From Promethearchaeota archaeon (GTDB taxonomy: Archaea > Asgardarchaeota > Lokiarchaeia > Sigyniarchaeales > SOKP01): a stretch of 64,000 bases of DNA. Shown here piece by piece: positions 29,306 to 38,842 of this stretch. Both the position numbers and the translations under genes were made by a program. Every line of letters begins with the position of its first letter. Within the stretch, counting starts at the first letter, position 1. Below the pieces are notes generated by a model. The model made no database searches. It was not told the DNA's origin and saw only the letters and a program-made list of their open reading frames with translations. Location of the stretch: contig JBHLOC010000008.1 in NCBI GenBank assembly GCA_048940925.1, positions 1 to 64,000 on the forward strand. Direction: 5' to 3'.

Positions 29306-30388
29306 TTGAAAAAAGAAAAAATAATAGGTTTGGTATTTTCACTTGTTCTGATTTCTCTTGTGATAACCCAAGTGGTTATAAATTATCCAGGTGTAAATTA
29401 TTATGAATCCAATGATTATGTTATGGATGTTTATGTTGAAAATGACATAGCTTACTTGTTTCGATCTGAAAGTGGATTAGTAATTATGGACGTATCGAAT
29501 CCTTCAAAACCAAGCGAACTCAGCCGTATTTCTACATTAAATGGTAATAACCTTTATGTTGATGGCAATTATGCGTTTTTTACTAAAAATGGGAAGATTA
29601 AAATAATTCAAGTTAGCGATCCATCGAATCCATACCTAGTAAATAAATCAGGTTTTGAAATTAGTGATATTGATGGAATGTATATTGATTTTCCTCTCGC
29701 CTATCTAATTCATTCTTCTGAATTATCAATAGTACGTATGGGTCCTTTTTTCAATTTTTCTGAGATTGGTCATATTGGTTTAAACTGTAGTTTAGATGAT
29801 ATTCAAGTTGATGGTTCGATTGCATACATAGCTAGTTATCATGGTCTGAAGATAATAGATCTTAGTAATTTAACAAATCCAATTGAACTTAGTCAATATA
29901 CTCCTGATGATTATGATGATTGGTATCGCAGATGTCTTTTTAAAGATGATGTAATATATGTGGTAGGAGGATGGGGAGTGAATAAGGAATATATCGATAT
30001 TATAGATGTATCTAATCCATCAAATCCAATTAAACTTGGTCATTATAAAGACATGTATGGTTATCCTGAAGATTTGGCTATCCATGATAATATTTTATAT
30101 GTTGCTAATCTTCGTGGTATTTCACTTATAGACGTTTCTAATCCTTCAAAACCCGTTCAATTTGATCAAGTTAAGCTTACTGATGCTAGTGATTTATATA
30201 TCGAGTATCCAATCGCATACGTAGGATGTAGTTATAGTGGTTTCAAAATTATTAATATCTCTAATCCTTCTTCATGGGATAATATCCCTATAATTCTAAA
30301 TTTCATCATTACGATGATTAGTCTCGTGTATGTGGCTGGTATTATTCTTTTCAAATTATTAATAAAGAATAAAGAGGTAAAGAGGTGA
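29306..30388 (+). CDS. LVIVD-repeat beta-propeller membrane/surface protein
   Basis: Repeated GL.I.DVSNPS.P; N- and C-terminal TM helices; RBS AAGGTG. Confidence 0.85.
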   Translation: MKKEKIIGLVFSLVLISLVITQVVINYPGVNYYESNDYVMDVYVENDIAYLFRSESGLVIMDVSNPSKPSELSRISTLNGNNLYVDGNYAFFTKNGKIKIIQVSDPSNPYLVNKSGFEISDIDGMYIDFPLAYLIHSSELSIVRMGPFFNFSEIGHIGLNCSLDDIQVDGSIAYIASYHGLKIIDLSNLTNPIELSQYTPDDYDDWYRRCLFKDDVIYVVGGWGVNKEYIDIIDVSNPSNPIKLGHYKDMYGYPEDLAIHDNILYVANLRGISLIDVSNPSKPVQFDQVKLTDASDLYIEYPIAYVGCSYSGFKIINISNPSSWDNIPIILNFIITMISLVYVAGIILFKLLIKNKEVKR

Positions 30389-30792
30389 ATACCGTGGAAA
30401 ATTCTCAACATAGTTTAAAAAAGGATGAAATTAGATATGGACATGGGATAGCTGCTGGAGTAATTTCAATAATTTCTGTAATATTATTCATTGAACTCAA
30501 AGGATTTCTCAATGAACCATTTGCATTTGATTATTATCAAATATCATACATAATTATAGCTGTTTTAACTTTCGCCTCTTTAGTTTGTTCAAGATTTTAT
30601 CTTCTACCTGGATTGGTGATTATGACGGTTGCTTTTGTAATGGCGGTAATTAATGCATTTCTCTTTCTTTTCGTTGAATACTGGAAGTTTTGGAATGTAG
30701 CATTCACATTGATCCATTTGTTGTTTGTTATCACCTTTCTTCTAATCGGTATTAACATAAGTAATCTCGCAAAAATACTAAGAAATAAATAA
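30385..30792 (+). CDS. Four-TM membrane protein
   Basis: Hydrophobic helices; GTGA overlap with the upstream stop; RBS GAGGT. Confidence 0.7.
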   Translation: MNTVENSQHSLKKDEIRYGHGIAAGVISIISVILFIELKGFLNEPFAFDYYQISYIIIAVLTFASLVCSRFYLLPGLVIMTVAFVMAVINAFLFLFVEYWKFWNVAFTLIHLLFVITFLLIGINISNLAKILRNK

Positions 30793-30881
30793 TTTAAAAA
30801 TTTTCATTTTTTTTTTTATTTTTAGTAATTTAATAGTATTCTCATTAAAAAATAGCATAAAAAGTAAAAAGAGAAGTGTGT

Positions 30882-30914
30882 ATAACCCCCTAGTAATTAC
30901 TACTAGGAGGTTAT
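30882..30914 (-). terminator. 14-bp stem-loop followed by U-rich tract
   Basis: - strand AUAACCUCCUAGUA-GUAAU-UACUAGGGGGUUAU with one G-U pair; lies between convergent transcription units. Confidence 0.6.
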
Positions 30915-31003
30915 TTCACTTTTTTTGGTTAGATATGGAATATGGAAATGGAAATGAAAAATTAATGAAATAAGCGTGATAAATAATAATATCTTAAATA
31001 AAA

Positions 31004-31081
31004 TTATTTGATTATATCTTTGATGACAGGATGACAAACAATACCATTCTTGATTATTTCTTCCTTGCTCTTTTTTCTCAT
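31004..31081 (-). CDS. Micro-peptide family A, copy 2 (25 aa)
   Basis: MRKKSKEEIIKNGIVCHPVIKDIIK*; RBS AGAGGT. Confidence 0.7.
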   Translation of the reverse strand: MRKKSKEEIIKNGIVCHPVIKDIIK

Positions 31082-31130
31082 ATTTTTTTACCTCTTTTTT
31101 AAGTTTTTTTCTTAATTAAAATATGGATAT

Positions 31131-31192
31131 AATTACATATATAGTTCTTGATACATAACTTCTCAAGAAGTTCGAAGGAGAAAGAAAGCTCT
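31131..31192 (-). promoter_or_regulatory. Conserved promoter/operator, copy 2
   Basis: CATATATAGTTC-N8-TAACTT-N6-AAGTTCGAAGGAGAAAGAAAGCT. Confidence 0.8.
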
Positions 31193-31402
31193 AGAAGAAT
31201 TAAAACAAATCTCTAAATCACAGATAATTCCTCTAAAAAAGAGATTTGAATTATAAAGAATTTTAATATTTAACACCTGAAATATTTAAGTTTAAAACTT
31301 CGTTTATCTATTGCTAGTAATTGGTAATTTCACTTAATTCTAGAATTTAGAATTGAAAAATAATAAAAGAATATTAAGAAAAAAATAAAAAAAAATAATT
31401 AA

Positions 31403-31495
31403 TTATAAGTCTTTTACTCCAAATTTATATTTCCTTGGATGTAAAAGATAATCACTTAGGGTTGCTTCCAATCCCTTTTCTTTCTTTTTTGACAT
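31403..31495 (-). CDS. Micro-peptide family B, copy 2 (30 aa)
   Basis: MSKKKEKGLEATLSDYLLHPRKYKFGVKDL*; RBS GGAGA. Confidence 0.7.
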   Translation of the reverse strand: MSKKKEKGLEATLSDYLLHPRKYKFGVKDL

Positions 31496-31539
31496 TTTTA
31501 ATTATCTCCATAACTTTTGTTTAAAATAATAAAAAAAAA

Positions 31540-31623
31540 TTATTTGGTGATGCCACTAAAAATGGGATGGCAGATTATATCATTCCTAACCTTGATAATT
31601 CCTTTCTTAGCTGGTTTTTTCAT
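31540..31623 (-). CDS. Micro-peptide family A, copy 3 (27 aa)
   Basis: MKKPAKKGIIKVRNDIICHPIFSGITK*; RBS GAGGT; poly-T after the stop. Confidence 0.7.
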   Translation of the reverse strand: MKKPAKKGIIKVRNDIICHPIFSGITK

Positions 31624-31663
31624 TTTTTTTTACCTCGTATTTTATTAATTTTAATATAGATTT

Positions 31664-31722
31664 GATTACATATATAGTTCAAGATGCAGAACTTCTTATA
31701 AAGTTCGAAAGAGAAAGAAAGT
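31664..31722 (-). promoter_or_regulatory. Conserved promoter/operator, copy 3
   Basis: CATATATAGTTC-N8-GAACTT-N6-AAGTTCGAAAGAGAAAGAAAGT. Confidence 0.8.
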
Positions 31723-31918
31723 ATTCAAACTTATATAAAAAATCTATTAGTTAAAAATTTCGATCTATAAATAAAAAACCCAGAGATTTATCCTCCATTA
31801 GAAAAATATTTATTTCTACTGCCATAGATTTAAATATCAACATTTCTGTTTAATTTTTAGGCAGAAGCAATCTAAAATTTTGAATCCAACATTAAGATAT
31901 TTTTAATAATTTTGCTTT

Positions 31919-32905
31919 ATGAAAAAAGGTGAAATTGATCTGGGAGAACCGTCATTATTTTATGAGGAAGAAAAAGAGCCTGAAGAACAAGTTTTTAAGA
32001 TTTTATTTACTGGATTAGACGGAGCCGGTAAAACAAGCATAATTTTAGCTCTCCAGAATGAATTTTCAAAAATATCTTCAGTAGAACCAACTAGAGGTGC
32101 TCAACGGAGAGTTTTTAAATTAATGGGAAGAGAGATAAGTGAATGGGATTTAGGAGGCCAAAGAAGTTATCTTATTTCTTATATAAAAAACCCAAGTAAA
32201 TATTTTGGGGATACAGAAGTTGCTATATATGTTATAGACATTTTGGATGGTTCTCGTATTCTAGAATCATTAAGTTATTTACATGATGTTGTTGAGACAT
32301 TTAGAAAATTGGATATACATCCCCCAATCAATATTTTCTTTCATAAATATGATCCCAAATTAATCCATAATGTTAAAGTTCAAATAGATAATGAGATCAA
32401 CAAAATAAAGAATGAAATATTGGAAACTCTAAACTATGATGAGGTTTATTTTTTTGAAACTTCAATTTATAATCCTGGCACTCTCATAAACGCCATATCG
32501 AAAATTTTATTGGAATTATTTCCAAAGTCCCAGCTAATCCAAAGAACTGTTGAAGAATTTGCTGGAAAATTAAAATGTGAAAGTTTACTAATAATTAATA
32601 AAAATTCCATTCTTTTGGGTTCTTATTTTAAAGATCAAAATTCAAAACAATTATTACTTAATGCGATTGCCTATTTTTTAAGTCTTAACGATGTATTTGA
32701 GGGTATGCAGTTGGAAAAAAAAGAAGATCATATTATCGTGAAAAAATCAGAAAAGTATTTCTTATTCAAACCAATTATATTAAAGGAAGAAGATATTCAA
32801 CATTATATACTCGTTTTAAAAAAACATGAGTCATTTGATATTTCAATGATTAATCAAAATTTTACTGTATTTGTTAAGATCTTCAATGATATTCTCAAAA
32901 ACTAG
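31919..32905 (+). CDS. Arf/Rag-like small GTPase with C-terminal roadblock/longin-like domain
   Basis: G1 GLDGAGKT, G2 PT, G3 WDLGGQ, G4 HKYD, G5 TSI; ~125-aa C-terminal domain. Confidence 0.9.
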   Translation: MKKGEIDLGEPSLFYEEEKEPEEQVFKILFTGLDGAGKTSIILALQNEFSKISSVEPTRGAQRRVFKLMGREISEWDLGGQRSYLISYIKNPSKYFGDTEVAIYVIDILDGSRILESLSYLHDVVETFRKLDIHPPINIFFHKYDPKLIHNVKVQIDNEINKIKNEILETLNYDEVYFFETSIYNPGTLINAISKILLELFPKSQLIQRTVEEFAGKLKCESLLIINKNSILLGSYFKDQNSKQLLLNAIAYFLSLNDVFEGMQLEKKEDHIIVKKSEKYFLFKPIILKEEDIQHYILVLKKHESFDISMINQNFTVFVKIFNDILKN

Positions 32906-32906
32906 C

Positions 32907-33974
32907 CTATTCAACTTTAAAAAGGTTGTGTGCTTTAACAATTGATTGCAAGCGATCAAGTTCGTGTCGTACTAATTTTAATTCTTTTTTAAGACCTTCT
33001 AATTCTTGTGTAAGATTCTGTTTTTCATTAGTCACCCCCATAACTTTATTATTCAACTTCTTCACTTCGAGTTCTAGATTTTTAATTAATTCAAGATGAG
33101 ATTCATTGTCTCTATTTGATTGCAGAACTTGAAATTTTAATTTTTTATTAGTTTCTTTCATGTTATCGAGTTCTCGAGTGAGGTTCTCATTTTCAGCTTT
33201 AATTATTTTTATTTGATCAAGTAATTTTTCAGCGCCTTCTTCAATTTCCTTCTTATCATTTAAGGTGGTTTTTAATTTGGTGATACGTTCATCTTTCTGA
33301 TCTAACGCCATTTTTTGTACATTGGTTAATCTCGTCAATTCTCTATTTTTAGAAGTTAAGGTTGCATTATATTCATTTAATTCGGCCATTTGCACACTCC
33401 AGCTTTCTAATTTTGAATATAATTCAGCTATTTCACTTTTTAAAGCTTCGACATTTCTAAGATGTTCTGTTCTATCAGAAACCAATAAAGAAACTTTTTG
33501 CGCAAGATCATCAATCTTTTCCTTTTTCTCTCCTATTTCTTGTTGCAATTCTTGCTTTTCCTGCCAGTAAGCATCAAGCTCACCTTTTTCTAATAATTCA
33601 TAAGATTTAGTAAAGAGTTCATTGAATTTTTTATCTTTTCTTTTAGGTAATAATTCGAATGCAATTCTCCTTACTTGACCCTCAAAATTTCTTGGAAGGA
33701 TATCCTCATCAGAAAGAAATACTGTAATTACATGATCTCCTTTCCCAATAAAATGTTTAGATGAATGTCCTGTAAAAAAACTTGCTACACTGAGATCACG
33801 TTTAATTTGCATTTCAAGATAATTTGGACCTGTTCTTACCCTTTTGTGTTCTTCAAATACAGTTGCTAGCATGGAGTCTGTTACACCGAGTTCATTACAA
33901 ATATCTTCTGGATATTCTGTATCTATAGCTAATTCTGATTTCTTATCTAAATTCAGAATCACAATTCCTTGCAA
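32907..33974 (-). CDS. Longin-like domain plus long coiled-coil protein
   Basis: GIVILNLD...EYPE...ASFFTG N-terminal domain; heptad-rich C-terminal half. Confidence 0.7.
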   Translation of the reverse strand: MQGIVILNLDKKSELAIDTEYPEDICNELGVTDSMLATVFEEHKRVRTGPNYLEMQIKRDLSVASFFTGHSSKHFIGKGDHVITVFLSDEDILPRNFEGQVRRIAFELLPKRKDKKFNELFTKSYELLEKGELDAYWQEKQELQQEIGEKKEKIDDLAQKVSLLVSDRTEHLRNVEALKSEIAELYSKLESWSVQMAELNEYNATLTSKNRELTRLTNVQKMALDQKDERITKLKTTLNDKKEIEEGAEKLLDQIKIIKAENENLTRELDNMKETNKKLKFQVLQSNRDNESHLELIKNLELEVKKLNNKVMGVTNEKQNLTQELEGLKKELKLVRHELDRLQSIVKAHNLFKVE

Positions 33975-34087
33975 GTTCTAATCCCTAACTAGCTAATTAA
34001 TGAGTTTTTATTTAAGCTAAAATATTGTTTACTATAATATATATAATTTTACAAAAATATAAGAGTACTGCTGCTAGTCTAAATAAT

Positions 34088-35635
34088 TTAAGAATAAATC
34101 TGCGCGAAAGTTTCTGTGGTTTTATTTAAATCCAAAGACAAATAAGTTTGTTTGAATAAAGAAGCAAAGAATGCTCTATCCTCTGGATTAAAATATTTGT
34201 ATCCAAATTTCTTCCATTCCATTCTAGATTGTAATGGAGCAAAAATAGATAACTGATCTTCCACTAGATTCATCAATAACATATTCTTCTCCTGCTTATT
34301 TGTATTTGATATTAATGTTAACAAGACTTCATCATTAAAACTATCCCATGAGTCTTTAAATTGTAAACAGAGTTTTTTAATATCAAACTTATTCTCAGTT
34401 ATTAGTTTTGCTATAGTATTTATCAAATTTTGAAAAGTACCTTCTTTATTTTGGTTGTATAAAGGATTAGAGACAATTAAACCGGGAGGACTTTTAAGAT
34501 CTTTTTGGTATTGTGGGAGATTATATTCAGGTAAAAGCCGTAATTGATTTAATCCAAGTATATTTCTCACATCTGCAATAGTTCCACCTGTATCGAAGAA
34601 TTGCTTGTTAATAACATAAATTAAAAGCTTCTCAGCATGCATGTCCCCAAAGTAAGGATAATCGGTCGCAAATAAAAGGTGCTCACTCCAAGTTCTATTA
34701 TCTACTCTTTCTTTATTTTGTGAAATAAACCAATTTCGAAAACTTTCAAAGAAATTTCCTGCCCCTGCACCATGTAGCATAGAAAGATCTCCATATGTAT
34801 TTGGTTGTACTACTGTTTCATATACTTCATAATCGTCAATATTACCTTGAGCAAAATGAGCTATAATTACTTTAAAATGGGGTAATAAATCAGGATATTT
34901 CGACTTTATTTCTCTTCTTGTTGCTTCTACTAATTTTCCAATTTCTAATATTGAACCTCTTCCTCGTGTATCAAAAATAACTGGCAAAGAATGGCTTGCG
35001 GCTTCTATAAGAACTTTAACGGCTTTCTCAGAGCTAATCTTATCAATCCACCCTTCTGATCGAGGATGTAATTTCAAACCACGAAGTCCTAACACTTCTC
35101 TTGCATAGGTGACCTCATTTACTGCCTTTTCACCTTCCATAGGATCACACCGACCATATCCAATGAGTTTCATGGAAAATGGAAACCGCGTAGTAAAACG
35201 AGATATATTGATATTACTCGCTCGATATAAGGCTTCAGGGCGTTTGTCTCTAAATACATCCTGAAAGGGAAAACAAACACCCTGATCTATCAGGGAGTAA
35301 AATTTAGATTTCTCTTTTAAATCTGAATGCTGTTTTCCTAACTTTTCTAATGCTTGATATAATTTATCAGTAAAAGGATAGGGTGTAAATGACCAAGAAA
35401 TCTTAGTGAATTTACGATTCATATTTGTTGTAAACGATTGTTCCCCTGCTTTTTCCCAATCTGCCTGAATTCTCCCTTGCACATTACCCCAAAAATCAAA
35501 AGTCCCTACACCAGGCGCCAAAGGATTCATCATTGTCGCCCCATCGACATCTTGTCCAAGATGAGAATGTGAATCAATTACAAATATGTGTTCTACTCGT
35601 CTTTTTCCATCTTGTTCTATTGTTGCTGTTAGCAT
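34088..35635 (-). CDS. Amidohydrolase family (Amidohydro_2-like) protein
   Basis: IDSHSHLG, GLKLHP, IIAH and LLFATDYPY motifs. Confidence 0.85.
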   Translation of the reverse strand: MLTATIEQDGKRRVEHIFVIDSHSHLGQDVDGATMMNPLAPGVGTFDFWGNVQGRIQADWEKAGEQSFTTNMNRKFTKISWSFTPYPFTDKLYQALEKLGKQHSDLKEKSKFYSLIDQGVCFPFQDVFRDKRPEALYRASNINISRFTTRFPFSMKLIGYGRCDPMEGEKAVNEVTYAREVLGLRGLKLHPRSEGWIDKISSEKAVKVLIEAASHSLPVIFDTRGRGSILEIGKLVEATRREIKSKYPDLLPHFKVIIAHFAQGNIDDYEVYETVVQPNTYGDLSMLHGAGAGNFFESFRNWFISQNKERVDNRTWSEHLLFATDYPYFGDMHAEKLLIYVINKQFFDTGGTIADVRNILGLNQLRLLPEYNLPQYQKDLKSPPGLIVSNPLYNQNKEGTFQNLINTIAKLITENKFDIKKLCLQFKDSWDSFNDEVLLTLISNTNKQEKNMLLMNLVEDQLSIFAPLQSRMEWKKFGYKYFNPEDRAFFASLFKQTYLSLDLNKTTETFAQIYS

Positions 35636-35883
35636 ATAAAGATCAATTCTAATTTTTATTTTAGAAATTAGTAATAATAACTTAATTAAAACTTAATTAT
35701 TACTAGAATTTTAATTAAAGCAAAAGAACTAATTTTTCTTTTTATTTCTAATCTTGTAATAGTTATTATTTGAATATATGAAGCTACTTTAAGGTAAAAT
35801 TTATAAATAAAAGGTCTTTATGAGATTAGTGAGAAATCTTAAATACTCACAAGTTTAAATTTTAATTAAAAGGAGGAATTATA

Positions 35884-36513
35884 ATGTCTGAGGATTTAAT
35901 AGATTTAATAATAGATTTAGATGAGAAGGAAGCTATAACCTTAGTTCAGAAAAAGATTGAGGCTGGAGAAGACCCTTTTAAAATTTTAGAACAAATCAGA
36001 ATTGCTATGGCAAAAGTGGGAGAAAAATTTGAGAATAAAGAATTCTTCTTGCCAGATTTGATCATGTCAGGTGAAATTCTAAAGCAAATAACAGAAATTA
36101 TAGAACCAAAACTCACAGCTGGTGGCAAAGTCCAGAGCATAGGAACTGTAGTTCTTGGTACAGTATTTGGAGATATACATGACATAGGTAAAAATATAGT
36201 AAAATTTATGTTAGAAACAAATGGATTTGAAGTTTATGACCTTGGAGTAAGTGTCCCAAAAGAAAAATTTGTAGAAAAAATAAAGGAAGTGGATTCTAAA
36301 ATTGTGGGCTTGAGTGGATTCCTAACCCTAGCATATGACTCAATGAAAGAGACTATAGAAGAAATTAAAAAAGCAGGTTTAAGAGAAAAAACAAAGATAA
36401 TGATTGGTGGGGGGCAAATGAACGAGGATGTAAGAAAATATGTGGGCGCAGACTCCTATGGTAAAGATGCAATCGAAGCAGTGGCTCTAGCTAAAGAGTG
36501 GGTGGGTAATTAG
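35884..36513 (+). CDS. Corrinoid (B12-binding) methyltransferase protein, MtbC/MttC-like
   Basis: FLPDLIMSGE, GDIHDIGKN, VGLSG and IMIGGG motifs; RBS AGGAGG. Confidence 0.9.
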   Translation: MSEDLIDLIIDLDEKEAITLVQKKIEAGEDPFKILEQIRIAMAKVGEKFENKEFFLPDLIMSGEILKQITEIIEPKLTAGGKVQSIGTVVLGTVFGDIHDIGKNIVKFMLETNGFEVYDLGVSVPKEKFVEKIKEVDSKIVGLSGFLTLAYDSMKETIEEIKKAGLREKTKIMIGGGQMNEDVRKYVGADSYGKDAIEAVALAKEWVGN

Positions 36514-36553
36514 TAATAGTCCTCAGTAGAAAATTTGCAAGAGGTAATTAAAA

Positions 36554-37891
36554 ATGGAGGAGAATTCCGAAAAATTATCATTAGATGAAAAACAGGAGGA
36601 AATGTTTGAAAGATGGCTTTCGCCTGAGGGAATTGAATTTGTCAGTTCCGAAGCCGAGAACTCATATAAGGAAAGAGTCACAAGAATAAAGGACATTATT
36701 CAATTGAAGAAGAAGCCTGATAGAATACCAGTAGTTCTAATGATTGGCTTTTTTCCCGCATTTTATAGTGGTATAACTCCAAGAGAATCTATGTATGACT
36801 ACGACAAACTCTCTGCTGCTTGGAAAAAATCAGTTTTAGATTTTGAGCCAGATGCCCATATAGGTTGTTTTGTGCCTGGTCCAGGAAAGCTTTTTGACAT
36901 TCTTGATTATAAATTATATTCTTGGCCCGGTCATGGAGTCTCTCCTAATCTTTCATATCAATGCCTTGAAGGTGAATATATGAAAGCAGATGAATATGAT
37001 GCCTTTATTCAAGATCCCTCTGGCTTCTTTAGAAGTGTTTACTTTCCCCGTATATTTGGAACGTTAGAGCCCTTTAAACAATTGGCACCGCTCACCAACA
37101 TAATCGAATTACCATTTACTGGTGGCAACATTCTACCATATGGCCTTCCAGATGTCCAGGATGCACTTAAAGCCCTCATGGAAGCTGGGAGTGAGGCATT
37201 AAAATGGGCAGGAGTACTCGGAGCATTTGATAAGGAGATGGCTGAAAAAGGATTTCCAAACTTCTTTGGTGGTGCTTCAAAGGCACCTTATGATACTATA
37301 GGTGATACTCTCAGAGGTACTAAAGGGATAATGCTTGACATCTACCGACAACCTGATAAACTGCTCAAAGCTCTTGAAGTAACAACGCCTTTAATGGTTA
37401 ATATGGGCGTATCTATGGCTAAAATGAACGGAAATCCGATTGTTTTCATACCTTTACATAAAGGAGCAGATGGTTTTCTTTCTGATGAGCAATTTAAAAC
37501 CTTCTACTGGCCTTCCTTTAGAAAGCTCCTCATGGGCTTAATCAATGAAGGATGCGTACCATTTTCTTATGTGGAGGGTGGTTTTAACTCGCGGCTTGAA
37601 ATTATTAAAGATTTACCTAAAGGTAAGGTTATATGGTCGTTTGATTTAACAGATATGGAAAGAGCAAAAGAAATTTTAGGTGACTCTGCATGTATTGGGG
37701 GTAACATGCCAATCAGTTTATTAAATTTAGGTACACCCCAAGATATAAAAGATTACGCAAAAAAATTAATAGATACTGTCGGAAAAGATGGTGGTTATTT
37801 AATGATGAATGGAGCGGTCATTGATGAAGCAAAACCAGAAAATATTAAAGCTATGATTGACTTCACCAAGGAATACGGAGTATATAAATAA
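36554..37891 (+). CDS. Uroporphyrinogen decarboxylase-fold protein (methylcobamide methyltransferase-like)
   Basis: PDRIPV, FKTFYWP, CIGGN and KPENIKAM motifs; adjacent to the corrinoid gene. Confidence 0.8.
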   Translation: MEENSEKLSLDEKQEEMFERWLSPEGIEFVSSEAENSYKERVTRIKDIIQLKKKPDRIPVVLMIGFFPAFYSGITPRESMYDYDKLSAAWKKSVLDFEPDAHIGCFVPGPGKLFDILDYKLYSWPGHGVSPNLSYQCLEGEYMKADEYDAFIQDPSGFFRSVYFPRIFGTLEPFKQLAPLTNIIELPFTGGNILPYGLPDVQDALKALMEAGSEALKWAGVLGAFDKEMAEKGFPNFFGGASKAPYDTIGDTLRGTKGIMLDIYRQPDKLLKALEVTTPLMVNMGVSMAKMNGNPIVFIPLHKGADGFLSDEQFKTFYWPSFRKLLMGLINEGCVPFSYVEGGFNSRLEIIKDLPKGKVIWSFDLTDMERAKEILGDSACIGGNMPISLLNLGTPQDIKDYAKKLIDTVGKDGGYLMMNGAVIDEAKPENIKAMIDFTKEYGVYK

Positions 37892-38007
37892 AAATATTTC
37901 AATATTTTCTTTTTTTTTAAATATTAATTTAATAGTTACTTCAATCACTCAAATACATTAATAGATACGAATTTTTATTTTAAAGAGAAAATACCTATTA
38001 ATTAAAA

Positions 38008-38568
38008 ATGAATCCATTATCAGAAAAAGAAAAAATGTTGGCGGGTCAATTATATAATGCAGGAGATCCACAACTAACTAATGAGCGAAATCATGCTCAT
38101 ATTTTATGTCAACAATATAACCAATTAAATTTTTTAGATTATAGTGGAAGAAAACGAATATTAACAGAATTATTCGCATCATTTGAGGAGCCCTTAACGA
38201 TTGAACCACCATTTTATTGCGATTATGGAAAAAATATACAATTAGGAAAAAATGTTTATATGAATACTAATTGTGTAATTTTAGATGTAAATAGAGTAAA
38301 AATTGGGGATGATACAAAATTCGGACCTTATGTACAATTATATAGCGCAACTCATCCATTAGATCCAGATTTACGTAAAACTGGAGATGAATTAGGATTA
38401 CCAATTACAATTGGTAATAATGTATGGATTGGAGGTGGAGCAATAATTTGTCCAGGTATTTCAATAGGAGATGATTCTGTGATTGGAGCAGGCTCAATCG
38501 TTACTAAAAATGTACCTACACGAGTATATGCGGCTGGAAATCCATGTAAAGTTATAAAAAAACTGTAG
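38008..38568 (+). CDS. maa: Maltose/sugar O-acetyltransferase
   Basis: EKEKMLAGQLY, IEPPFYCDYG and hexapeptide repeats. Confidence 0.9.
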   Translation: MNPLSEKEKMLAGQLYNAGDPQLTNERNHAHILCQQYNQLNFLDYSGRKRILTELFASFEEPLTIEPPFYCDYGKNIQLGKNVYMNTNCVILDVNRVKIGDDTKFGPYVQLYSATHPLDPDLRKTGDELGLPITIGNNVWIGGGAIICPGISIGDDSVIGAGSIVTKNVPTRVYAAGNPCKVIKKL

Positions 38569-38842
38569 CCCAATGATTTTTGGATTTACATAATAAATAA
38601 TTGGTACTTTACCATGGAAAAACCAAAATTAGTAAAAGACTTAATTTGAAAGGTTTAATACTTGAAATTTTGTATTATTTATAATTTTTAGACTGAGAAT
38701 TAATAAATAAATACGTTTTCTTTAACATCAAATTGATGAGTGTTTATTTCAAATTTATCGATAAGGAGTAAGAGTATCTTAAATTGTTAATTGAAGGATT
38801 ATAAGAAATAAAGCTTTAAATAGTATCTGGAGAGCGAAAAAA

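Noticed and set aside
28746-31623. Micro-peptides as RiPP precursors or classic type I toxins
   Set aside because: No modifying enzyme, protease or exporter nearby, and the peptides lack a continuous hydrophobic helix; not excluded if partners act in trans
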